DNA of 44,834 nucleotides from NCBI GenBank assembly GCA_032718475.1, contig JAUCBJ010007788.1, positions 1 through 44,834 of the forward strand, written 5' to 3'. Below, piece by piece: positions 1-10,900 of this stretch. The notes beneath the pieces are model-generated. The model did no database searches, was not told where the DNA came from, and saw only the letters and a list, made by a program, of their open reading frames with translations. The stretch is from Nemertoderma westbladi. Its lineage: Eukaryota > Animalia > Xenacoelomorpha. The position numbers and the translations under genes were made by a program. Numbering within the stretch: position 1 is the stretch's first letter; each line of letters starts with the position of its first letter.

Positions 1-723
1 TCCATTCAATGATTTATGTCCTCTTTTTTGCCAAGTACCGTCGAAGCTACAGGCTAAATTTTCTTTCGGTTCATCCACATTCACTTCCACCGCTTCAGCA
101 GCTGCATTGGCCATGGATTCCCCAGCGAAGCGTTTTATAATCTCTAATATAACGTTGTACATTGGAAACCATTTAGTTGGTGGCTGAGGGAGATTCATCA
201 TCGCAGCGAGAACTTTACCTTGCTGCTGCCCAGCCCCAATACACCTAAGACCATATGTGTACCTTATATTTACTTCATAGTGGTTCTTTTTTGTTGTCAT
301 CGTATCAGAGTCAAAGGTGTCCTCATTGTCATTGATAGTGTTAGGCCTACAAGTTTTCGATGTCCAAAACTTGTGACTAGTTTTACACTCTGAACAATTT
401 ATAAGTAGTAAAACCGCAAGACCGTCCCTAATAGTAGGATCTGCTGATAGCGTCAGGTTTGAAGAACTGCATTTATTGCAAGTAACACTTGTTATAAGTG
501 CCGCTTCTACCAACCCGAGGTCAACTATTAGATGGGTCGAGGTAGGCCTATTGGAACAACCGGTATTATTTTTACCATTATCTCTCCTAGTACCATTACT
601 GACACAGGGACCAGCTCTATGCAATTTATCTTTCAGAGCGCTAGTGCAACGTTTCTTTCCAGGAACATCTCCAGTTTTCCTTGAATAAAATTTTCCTTTG
701 CCAAAGTTTTTATTCCGAGGCAT
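1..723 (-). CDS. N-terminal part of a Kolobok(-Hydra-like) DDE transposase; runs off the left edge of the window
   Basis: Manual translation from ATG at 723 gives 241 open codons: MPRNKNFGKGKF...CNKC...CSEC...YEVNIRYTYGLRCIG...SFDGTWQKRGHKSLNG. The CxxC pairs and the DGTWQKRGHxSLNG motif (first catalytic Asp) match this transposase class. It is missing from the ORF track because there is no stop inside the window. Confidence 0.8.
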   Translation of the reverse strand, partial: MPRNKNFGKGKFYSRKTGDVPGKKRCTSALKDKLHRAGPCVSNGTRRDNGKNNTGCSNRPTSTHLIVDLGLVEAALITSVTCNKCSSSNLTLSADPTIRDGLAVLLLINCSECKTSHKFWTSKTCRPNTINDNEDTFDSDTMTTKKNHYEVNIRYTYGLRCIGAGQQQGKVLAAMMNLPQPPTKWFPMYNVILEIIKRFAGESMANAAAEAVEVNVDEPKENLACSFDGTWQKRGHKSLNG

Positions 724-1080
724 TGCGAAGTTGTAATTACTGAATTGTACTGTGTATTGTAAATACCGGTACCTATATGATACGGTTATCTAAATTGTCT
801 TCATTTTATTGAGTTTGAATTTCCCTCCAGATGAACTCATGTACAGTTTTTAAAAATACAACTCTGACAGTAGTACTGTATAAGATGACACCAAGATTAT
901 ATAAATATAAGATAGTTTAGATTAATGAATTTACGAAAAGGTATCATTGGTAAAGTTGCTGTAGTTCATGAACGGCTGACACTGTGGCTCTGAAATTTTT
1001 GCAAACTCTGGAAAATTTCGATCTAGAATCGCAGAAAAAAAAAATTTGAAAAAAATTTTTTTTGTCCAGGACTGCTCCCC
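1..1080 (-). mobile_element. 5' part of a Kolobok-type DNA transposon
   Basis: Transposase ORF plus a putative terminus ...ccaggactgctcccc|TTAA (TTAA at 1081-1084). This reads TTAA|GGGGAGCAG on the minus strand, fitting a TTAA target site and purine termini. The other end lies outside the window. Confidence 0.6.
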
Positions 1081-1854
1081 TTAATATATATGTAATATGC
1101 TGCTGCAATGCAGCAGGCCGATCGTAGTAGTATTAGTCTGGGTGTGGTGGTATCCATCAATTTCCCTAACGGTATAATAAATTTTTGTTATTGTATGTTT
1201 TTTATTTATATTGATAGAGGACATATTAAATTTCAATTTCAATGGTATACAACCAGACCCATATGCTGGGTGTCATTTTATTTTTTTATTTTAACTTTTT
1301 CGTTGTTATATTGGCATAGTTTCTTCAATGATGGGAGCATTAATCACACGAAACAATTTCACATTTTATGCTAGAGACAAGCATATATTATAATGTTATG
1401 GGATTAAACCATCAGGCACTTCATCACTTCATTATTTATTTTATACCATGTTATGAAATGCCAACCTATCTTTCATACAAGGTGGTTGTAAATCATAATA
1501 TTTAAGGGCCTACGTTTTTAATTTCATTTATGATTTATAATTCTACATTGTTTTAGGATTGGGATTATCTATATGTCTAATCTCTATTTTTATTGTTAGT
1601 CATTTAATTTTATTGACTAGTAAAAGGAAATTTATTAAATTATTGAACTCAATAATTGGGAACCCCCATTTAATTTGCATTATTGCAGAAGAGTTTGACC
1701 ATAAATAAATTAATACTCGCTCCAGCATAGATCTATACCATTGATTATGACAGCTGCAGGAGTAGGTTCTGTCTATAATTGAACGTTTGTATAGGCCAAC
1801 CTATCAGCAACAATTTGTTGCCATCCTAAGGACCCTAACAAATTACAATTACCA

Positions 1855-1930
1855 CAATGGTATTGGATTGGCTCGCTACTGTTTTTATAATGCAACTCAT
1901 CAGAATGCTGAATCAACCATATAATTGCTG
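1855..1930 (+). promoter_or_regulatory. Candidate core promoter (two inverted CCAAT boxes plus TATA-like motif)
   Basis: attggattgg at 1862-1871 followed by tttataa at ~1884-1890. The block is nearly identical in duplicate copy B (41984 onward). Function is inferred only. Confidence 0.3.
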
Positions 1931-2621
1931 CATTATGGAATAATTTTACATTCAAAGAATTAGTTATACTCTACTATTTACTTTTCATTCATTTCATTTT
2001 CATTCATTCATTTCATTCCAGGTTTAACAGTACCTGTAAACTTGTAATTATAATTTTCAGTGTTCCTACTACTATTGTATGTTGAAGGAATATAATCTCA
2101 ATATGTTGAATATGTATTGTATATATACCAAATATAATTTTTACAAATTTACAATTTCTGTATATATAATATATGTATAATAATAAGAAACTATCTAAAA
2201 ATATTGTGTTTAATGGAAAAACAGCAATATAAAATATTCATCGTGTCTTCTAGTATGATATGGCATTTAGCGAATCTTACAACAAAACCCCATATCTATG
2301 ATTATATCGGATCAAATTTTGAAACAACTTATTTAATTCAAGATTGAAATTAAAATACATCGTGGATGTGTTTTGAACAAACACAGCTCCTAATATTCCG
2401 AATAATATTTATCATTGTCTATCACAAAATTAGTGATAGAAAGACATTATTCTGTACTTTAGTCTTAATGATTAACAGTAACAATAGTGAGCGAAAGCAC
2501 TACTTTTGCCCTGTATTCCTGAAGAAAAGTGCATTTTTCAGATAAAGTAATGTTCTTCGAACGAATAAATTATTGGAAAGAAGCACTTTTTGTCTCTAAT
2601 TTTAATTGACTATATTAATCG

Positions 2622-2783
2622 AGGGCGCATCTCTGCCTTGCATCCTTAAGAGGTAGCTAAATGAGTACTGGAGATTCCTCTGGGGAGTAAAGTTCTGGGG
2701 GGGCCGCACTGGAAATAAGTCGTCAGACTTTGTGCGTAATCCCTGGCTTAACGGCCGAAGAATATTTACTATTAATTTTTTTT
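2622..2783 (+). mobile_element. 5'-truncated SINE copy
   Basis: Matches the reverse complement of ~35285-35425, has a T-rich tail, and is absent from the homologous site in duplicate copy B (aatcgagtgcaaaactc). Confidence 0.75.
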
Positions 2784-3340
2784 AGTGTAAAACTCAATAC
2801 ACGGGTGCAGAATATCTGAAATTCAGTTAATTGAAATTAGTGACAAGCAGTTCTTTATGACATTTTTTTTCTAGGAGACTTTTAACTTATTATTTACCGG
2901 TAGTAAGTAAATTCAGTGCAATTCACATACTTAGTACGTTCAGTATAAAACATTTTAGATTATTTAGTTTATAGTACTTAACTATGTTGTGAACAACAAT
3001 TCTCGTACTTCCCTATATTATTTTGATTAATTATATATTCTGTTATATTTGATAATAAGTTTCATTTATAATAATTTAGAGCGATTAAGTTGCTCCTCAT
3101 GGAAGTACGGGTGTTTACAAGGAGTGAAGTTTAAGCCTACCATAATCTAGCTTTATGGTATAGATATATTGGTCCACGATTTCCCTTTAATAAGTCTATA
3201 TTGAGAAAGGTCGTTGTTTTGAGACCACACCGCAGAAGTTTAATCCGCTATACCTATTTTATCTGAAAAATTAAACAATTTACTCGTATTGATTGATACG
3301 TAATTTTTAACTGCAGTAGGGCCTACTGAAGTACCATTAA

Positions 3341-4176
3341 CCCGACTAAACCCAGGGGGGGGGGGGGGGGGGGGGGTGGCGTCAATATGACCCTCCTCCC
3401 GTGGTTTTTTGTTACAACTCTGAATCTAAAAATCGATTGTCTTCCTAATAGTGAAAACGGTTTTTAAAAATATTGGGACATTTTCGAGTTATAGCACCAT
3501 TTTTAAACCTACTTTTAGCTCTTTTTTGAGACCTTTTTTGAAAATTGCATTTCATGAACTATGATTTGTAATATCTCTATTTTTTATTTACACAGTTTAT
3601 TCCGATGTTCTCGATTAGATGGAATTCATATAAAATAAGCTAGAAATTTCAAACGTGTTTTGTCTGGTGCCAAATTTTGGTGCCAGCACCAAATTTTTAA
3701 ATGTCAAATTTGTAAAGTGATTGTTTGAATCTGGTTTTTGAGCAATAAGGGTTTTTTTGGTTTCTGGTTTTGATGGAATATAAACGAGTTGCACAATTGA
3801 TCAATAGATAGTAACGTCGTACATAGAGGACTAAAACTACCATTTATAGTAATTAGATGATTTGTAAATATTTTTCAATGGATTCAGCGCCCCAGAAAAC
3901 CAGTACTAAAAAAAGATTATGTGAAAATTGTTCCTTTCAAATTTTTTTTAAATTGTTCACTAATTGAAATTTTGGTGGTATAAAATAACCACCCCAGTAC
4001 ATTTTTTCGGGATTTTTTTTTCGATCTGATTCAGACTAATGAAATCTACGTACAAACAAAAAATCCGATGTTTTCGTTAATATTTGTACATTTTAGAGGG
4101 GGTGGGGGGGGGGGGGGGTCTGTCTATATGACCCCCACCCCTGTATTTGTACAACATTTTTTAGCCTGGTACTGGG
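3341..4176. mobile_element. Probable non-autonomous TTAA-type (piggyBac-like) DNA element, degenerate right end
   Basis: Starts TTAA|CCC, and poly-G followed by ...tatgaccc motifs occur near both ends (3355-3395, 4096-4140). No clean right TIR or TTAA was found. Confidence 0.4.
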
Positions 4177-4356
4177 AAACAGCTGTAATAATTGACAATA
4201 TGATTGAAATTTAATTAATTATCATTAAAATGGTGTATACAAATTGTCATGTTTTATTATTTTTACGAATTATATATTTCAAGCAGTGTATGCAAATTCT
4301 TATAATTAAAGATGGATTGTAAAATAATATTTTAAATATTTGCTTTGAACTGAATA

Positions 4357-4826
4357 ATGATTACACTTACATCAAGTTATATATTTAACCTTTACATCGC
4401 TGTCTGTATTGCTTCAGACGTTTCTTTGCGACCAGCTTTGGAGAGAAAACAATATGATTCAAACAAAGCACCTCCAAATTTTATAACCTCCAAAGATACC
4501 ATTGACATCAAATTATGGTTTTACAATGTTGCAATGTTAGAAGGAAATCATATGCATATTGGATTTGCAATGACTACGAAATGGTTTGATAATAGACTGG
4601 TTAATGTTTCTAATCAAACAGTAGTATTAGATTATGATGATTTGACAATGATATGGTTACCACGCCTTGAAGTTACAAAAGGAGTTATTGGAAGAGGTGA
4701 AAGTGTCATGACTCCAATTGTCATTGTTTATAAAGATGGCACTGTAATGAATGAAAATTTTAAAGAGTTGAATATCGTTTGTGATTCTACCATTCAATAC
4801 TATCCAAAGGACAGATTGAATTGCAC
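4357..4826 (+). CDS. Cys-loop ligand-gated ion channel subunit, coding exon 1 (extracellular domain)
   Basis: Hydrophobic N-terminus, YD..APP, WFDNRL, IWLP, V.KDGTV and a canonical C-x13-C loop (CDSTIQYYPKDRLNC). Phase-2 donor ac|gtaagt at 4826/4827. Confidence 0.9.
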
Positions 4827-5134
4827 GTAAGTACTCTCAATTTTTCTTACATATAAACTATTTCCAAGATTCCCCTGGAATATTTCCTCACTATATGATA
4901 TGTTTTGGATTTATTATTTTTTACTTTGTGGAGAGCCACAACTTTGCTGAGTTTTTCAAAATTGGCATTAAAAGCAAATAAATAAAGTAAGAAAATATTT
5001 ATTTAATATTTTCAATATATTTATTTCTTAGCCTTTAAAATTTGAACCAGCATGTTTATTCAAGATATTGTAAAAGTTGTTCAGAATTGGAAAAAATGCG
5101 AAAGCACATCATCGGGGATTGAACCAGCGCTATA

Positions 5135-6775
5135 CGTAGTTAGTTAGTTGTTTATTGACAAATAATAGTAACATATTGTTTAGCAATAAAATAATATATT
5201 ACACAATATAGTGGAGCACCATTTGTCCACAAAAAATAGATAACTTGAACCAATGGGAAATGTCAGTCATATTGACAGAAAGAGTGTATCGAATTCGTAT
5301 ATAAATACTGTACTGCATACCTATACCAAAACAATAACAATATAAACCAACTACGAATAACCAATAAACATTAATCTTAGGGGGGGGGGGGGGGGGGGGG
5401 ATACACCATTTTCGGACAACTCTTCGATTTATCACTCTCAGCGTTTCAAAATTGTTTGGTTTTGGCTAAAATTTGGCATACAGGTGCCTAAGATGCTATT
5501 CTACATGACAGGTCAAAAACAACTTTTTTTTCGCTATTTAATATTAGGTATAATACTAGTTAACAATAAAAAAAACTTGGTTGCGCTTAAAACCAAAAGG
5601 ATTTTACAGTTTTGAACCTAATCACATGAAAGTTTTTTATATGATAGATCAAAGATGGGGCAACATAACTATCAGGCGAAATTTTGTTAAAATAATTCTG
5701 CACCGCTAGGTGGCGCTGCAAATTTATGCTAATTTTTAGGTTTTTTATAAATAGTATTAAATTTTATTAACAAAAAATTTCGAGAAGTTGTCTGATACTT
5801 TTATGCAGAGTGGCTATCTAGATACCCACCTGTGGGTATTTAGTAAGTTTCAGACTAATTACTCAAAAATTGTAGAAGTAGTAGGGTTTTGAAGTTGAAG
5901 AAAATATTTGGAGATAATCGACCTTTCATTATACATAGTAATAGTAATTTCAATAGGATTCCCTAAATGGAAATTTACATAACTTGAAAACTAAAAGAGC
6001 TATTAAATAGCGGTTTTCAGATTTGGAAACACCATTCAATGGTGCATTATAATAGACCATAAAAAAAACTTCGACATATTTTGGACAAAAATGGTGTACC
6101 CCCCCTTAATCATACTGTTGTAAAACTTTACTTATATAAGTGCACAATCGGCGTAATTCACTACATCTGAAAATATCGAGACTATTATTACAATTCACAA
6201 AGTTATACTCAACACGTAAATAATTTGTTTTTGGGCAGTGGAGCAGAACGTGACCTTCGTCTTGGGGCGTTTCATTGTCACAACTACAAACTCTGTCAGC
6301 AGGAGGCGTTCTGCTCCAACGCCCTTTTTCAGAACGTAAATTATAAGAAAATAATCGTAATCTAGAGAATGCAAGTTGAAAGTTATCTGGTATATAAATT
6401 GAGTTACACATGTAAACAGGATGCACTGATACACCTACATTTATTATGTTCGCATAATTCCAGAACTTAAGTACATGATTGGGGCTTTCTTAATATTTGT
6501 TCCTTAATAGAAAGATTTTTACCGACATTGCTATTTACACCGCAGAGAATATTATAACCCATAGTCTTTTAACCCATAGTCTTTTCCTGCTCACATAATT
6601 TTAATGCACATTTCATTGGTAATGTGGTGTCAGATATCTTACTATATTTCGTATAGAAATTTGTCTGTGCTACACGTACCAGTTCAGAAATTGGTTTGAG
6701 GCCCAACTCTGCCATACATATTGCGTTTGGTGTCGTGGTTCGAACACCTAATAAGCATGTTATTGCTTTGTGGTA
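5135..6775 (-). mobile_element. 3' fragment of a non-LTR retrotransposon (LINE), interrupted by a MITE
   Basis: ORF 6106-6426 has a LINE C-terminal Zn-knuckle-like region (RLRLFSYNLRSEKGRW...RVCSC...DEGHVLLHCP). The putative 3' UTR ends in aataaa plus an (aact)n tail at ~5135-5158 on the minus strand. Confidence 0.7.
5380..6105. mobile_element. Non-autonomous Kolobok-like MITE
   Basis: TIRs gggggg(a)tacaccatttt / aaaatggtgtaccccccc, flanked by tta(g) and TTAA (6106-6109). It is inserted at the LINE stop codon. Confidence 0.8.
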
Positions 6776-6886
6776 CTAGGATCGGCATGCTGCATTGCAG
6801 CTGCATTTTTAAGAATGTTGTACCGGCTTGTCGACAAAATTGCACCGCCACAACTCCCTATCACCCATGACATTTGCTAGATCATC
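6776..6886 (-). mobile_element. RTE-type LINE 3' tip
   Basis: Near-identical to the reverse complement of ~33523-33636. Confidence 0.8.
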
Positions 6887-7130
6887 CAATGTTCTGTTTT
6901 ATACATGACTTTATGAATTTTATCGGCTATTGACTATGTTTGGGAGACTTTCACACACTCATACGCATGATAAGATAAATCTCCGCTCCCTTGATCTATT
7001 AATTAATGGAATTTTGGGAACTTTATAAATTGCGTAAAAATGGCAATTTATTAAATTCATTAAAAGGCATGAATTTAAATTTATTCCCTGAAATTTTATT
7101 ATTTGATAATTAAATGGACATATTTTGATT

Positions 7131-7433
7131 CTAGAACATGTCTAGGGACACAAGATCCTTAATTCTATGACAATTGTCTTTTTTAAGAATATCGGTAAAT
7201 GCTACGATATCTTAATTGACTAGAATTGTTGAAGGATCTGAATTTTACAGATTTTGATTTATTAGATTTGCAAATATTAAATAATTAATATTTGAGATGG
7301 GCACCGATTTATTCCAGAACTTGTCTGGGGACGTTAACCACTGATTCTAGAATTTGTCTTTCAAGTATATCGGTGGGTGCCGCGATATCTTAATCGACTA
7401 GAATTACAGATGGTCAAAGGGTTTAACAGATTT
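7131..7433. repeat. Diverged direct repeat (two ~120-bp copies, ~183-bp period)
   Basis: c(t/c)agaac(a/t)tgtct...ttgtcttt...tatcggt...cgatatcttaat(t/c)gactagaatt...acagattt at 7131-7255 and 7314-7433. Confidence 0.7.
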
Positions 7434-7951
7434 ATTTTGCGTTATACGCTACTGTTAAAGGGACATCACGCTACTATATGTATTATTTAATATACGGTAT
7501 GAGAGCAATATCGCACGAAGCAATGTCAGTGTGAAGAGGCAAGTCGTTTCCAAGGTCTACCCAGAGCTTGGTTTAGCCGAGACACGAGGATCTGAACTTT
7601 GCATTCCTAATACTCTGCCTACCAATAATACTTAAATATAGTAGTGGCTTTATTGTACTTTAATAAGTACGGACATTTCATCTTACTGTAGTTACGTATT
7701 TATAATATAATACGGACAGTAAGGAAAGAGAAAAAATAATTATTTCTTCGCCGTCGCACTAAATATAATATAAGTAATTACGTACGTAATAAACACGAAT
7801 ATATTGCACTATTCTACTAAATAATCGCTAAATAATATTCTACTAAATTAAATAAAACGATTATAATAAAATTACATAGTAATACATACATAAATATAAA
7901 AATAATAAAATAATATAAAATAATAGAGTCACACACCCACTCCATATGTTG

Positions 7952-10900
7952 TTACGTTATGGAGTCCCTAGATGTTTGAAGGATTAGGGAGGTGGTCGTG
8001 GGAAGAGAATCTTGCCTTCCACAGTTTCCGGAGAGTCCTCCATTCCCTTCCGGTAAACACAAACGACCGACTGGGTGATTGAGTCGCTGCATCCTGAATA
8101 CAATTCCAGGTTTCCTCTTCGTCCTGGAATAGTGACGATAGAAACATCGCTCAAAGTATATGACGGCGTCACAAAGCCGATTCCAGGAGCTATAGTGGTC
8201 CGTCGCTCTCTGCAGGAGAGGTGAGAGTCCCTGCGAGACGTCTGATGTTCCAGAGCTCCAATCGCTCTCTCTGATCTTCATGAAGGATCCACTCGCGGTG
8301 GGGAGGTCCAGATCCACGGCGTCGTCCCTGGCAATATGTAATACCGACAGATCTATCCCGGGTTCAAATAACTCCGCTCCACCCGTCCGGGTTTTAGGTT
8401 TAACTTTCTCCGCTCCCTTGGCTGGTCTAATCTCAGTCGGAGTAAGATGGGGAGGCCATTCATCCTCCTTACTCAGGAAGTCGGGTTCACCTAACCGGTC
8501 TGTAGTATCTGTCAGTTCTTGAGGAGTTGCTCCTCTGGAAGCGATGTCAGTTGGATTAAACTTCTTGGGGCAATATCTCCATTGATCTACATTGGAGCTA
8601 AGATTGTCATTATCTGAGGAGTGTGGTGTTCCCTCAGTTGGGTCGTCTCCCTCACTAGTATCATCTTCCCATTCACTCACCTGGCAGACGCGATCTTGAA
8701 GCAGTCTTTCCCTGAGCGTTCTACGGGAAGGTCCAGTAAGGTACCAACCTACTCTAGTTCTTACCGCATAGGTCTGAAGTGGTTGCGGTTGAGCAGGTCG
8801 TTTCTCTAATGTCTCCAGCGCCTCATGCGCGTTTTGGCCGATGAGTATTTGCACTCCAGGATAATCAGTCTGGAATCGAGGTATGTTAAGATGTTGGATG
8901 CTCTCATCCTCGTCCCAATTATAAAGGTCTGCTTGAGTAGTAGCGAAGTTCTTTATAGCCACCATTTTCACTGACCTTATGCTGTGTTCTCCTAGTTCGT
9001 CTTGTGGGGTGGACAACGCGCCTACATAATAATCAGCTGTTATTGTAGATTTCCAAACTTGCATAATGCCAGACATGTTGAGCTTAGTTTGGAACTTGGG
9101 CTGTCCAGCAAATATATCTTCGGCTAGCTCTTTATCGATGAATGTTCCTGTGCTGCCGGAGTCCAGGAGGGCGTTCACTATATAGCTCTTCTGAGGTCCG
9201 TGGACCCGTAACTGGACTACAGGAAATTCTCGGATCCCTATATTGGAAGTTGGCGCTTTCCAAGATGGTTGTTGATCGGAAGTTGATAAGGTAAGGTCGC
9301 TGTCTGTGTCTTCCTCATGCACGAGTACTCGATACACTGCGGTGGTGTTTATTAGGTAACAGGATTCGTTTTGGTCGGAGAACTCGTCCGTATAGAATCC
9401 TTCCATCTCAGATTGATCAGTGTCGTTCACATCACTGAATTGGACATGTAGTTCGGACTCACTTACCTGACTCGGGCTGTTTCGTTCGAATTCCGTGTGC
9501 AACAAGATATGATGTTTTGCGCCGCACTTTGCACACCTTGCGTCGGAGTTACAGGTTCGCCGTTGGTGTCCTCGTCTGAGGCAATTATAACACAACCGCT
9601 TATCCCACATGACTTCACGTCTATCCTTTAGTGATTTCCTCAGGAATTTATCACACGCATTTAAACGGTGGGGCCCGTCGCACAGCACACATTTCGGCTT
9701 GATGTTACTTACTTTAACCTGTGCTATGTGGTGCACACTTGTTCTTTCCTCGGGCTTTCTCACCTGAATTCTTTTAGGAGACGTAGAAGGGGTTTTTTGT
9801 ACCGGTTCCCTTCTGTCATTGGGTCGAGACTTGGATTTACTTACCTGATCTTTAGGCATTTTATTGACATAATAAGATCTGTCAGTGTCTTTCCCGCTGT
9901 CCTCTCCTTGAGAAGTTTGGCTTTCACCGTCGTCGGTATAACATACTGGTGTTACCCTTCTCCTAGAAACGGGTTTATCACTTACCTTGTTTTCCAATGT
10001 CTTCTCTCTGGACTGTCTTAGGAGCTGTAATTTCACTTCTCCATCTAAGAATGACATGAGATCAGCCATGGTAGGGTCTCGTTGTTGTTGTTCCATCATA
10101 TATAACACCTTCTTGTCCCAGCGTGTACCTACTCCACCCTTGGGCAAAGTAGATGCTAAGGCTCCTACAACCATAGAATTCTGGTATTCATGAGACTTAC
10201 CTAACCAATCTAGTTGTCTACAGATCTCCTGAATCTCATCGGAAAACTCTATAATCCCGCTGCTAAGAAACTTTCGGGGCGCCATTAATTTCGCATATAA
10301 ATACCTAGCTATGTTAGTCCTATTACCATACCTGATGTTTAGTGTATCCCAAACTTGTCTTAATCCATCTGGATGTCCAATAAATTTTAACGCCATTGAC
10401 TTGGGAGATCCTTCCAAGCACTCGATGAGGAATCTAAGTTTCTCTCCATTAGATAGTACAGAGTTCTGTATGTTATCTTTGTAATATTCATTAAAAGGTA
10501 ACCATTTCATCTCATCTCCATTGAACTTGACGATCTCTCCCACCTTCACCGCTTGCCGGGCTTCGGTTCTAGCCATTTGACGCGTAAAACTTTCTTGGGC
10601 CATCGTGTTATTTAATATCGAATTATCGGTATATAAATTTCTCGGATTATGATCAGTTCTATAGGGAATATCATTATCAACAGGTCTATAATTACCCTTA
10701 ATAGGGTTCACTATAGGAGTTTCTACTTCGCTAGCAGTATAAATGCGTGTAGGCTCCACACCTTGCGCATGAGATACTTCAGACCTAACGGGTTGACACA
10801 TTATTACAGGGGGTGGTGGTATACCCTTTTGTAAATTTACTAATTTATCGCGCTCTAGCGCGATATTTTGCTGCACTTCTTGCAACTCTAACTTACTTTC

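Larger units (their letters stand above)
1434..2865 (+). repeat. Copy A of a ~1-1.4 kb dispersed duplication upstream of the ion-channel gene
   Basis: Collinear with 37637-37961 plus 41948-42612. Shared blocks include ccattgattatgacagctgcaggagta, ggaccctaacaaattacaattaccacaatggtattggattggct and ccctgtattcctga-gaaaagtg. Confidence 0.9.

Noticed and set aside
1865-1905. Hammerhead on the minus strand (ctgatga-gttgc...gtagc)
   Set aside because: Followed by gagc (cagc in copy B) instead of GAAA, and no stem III.
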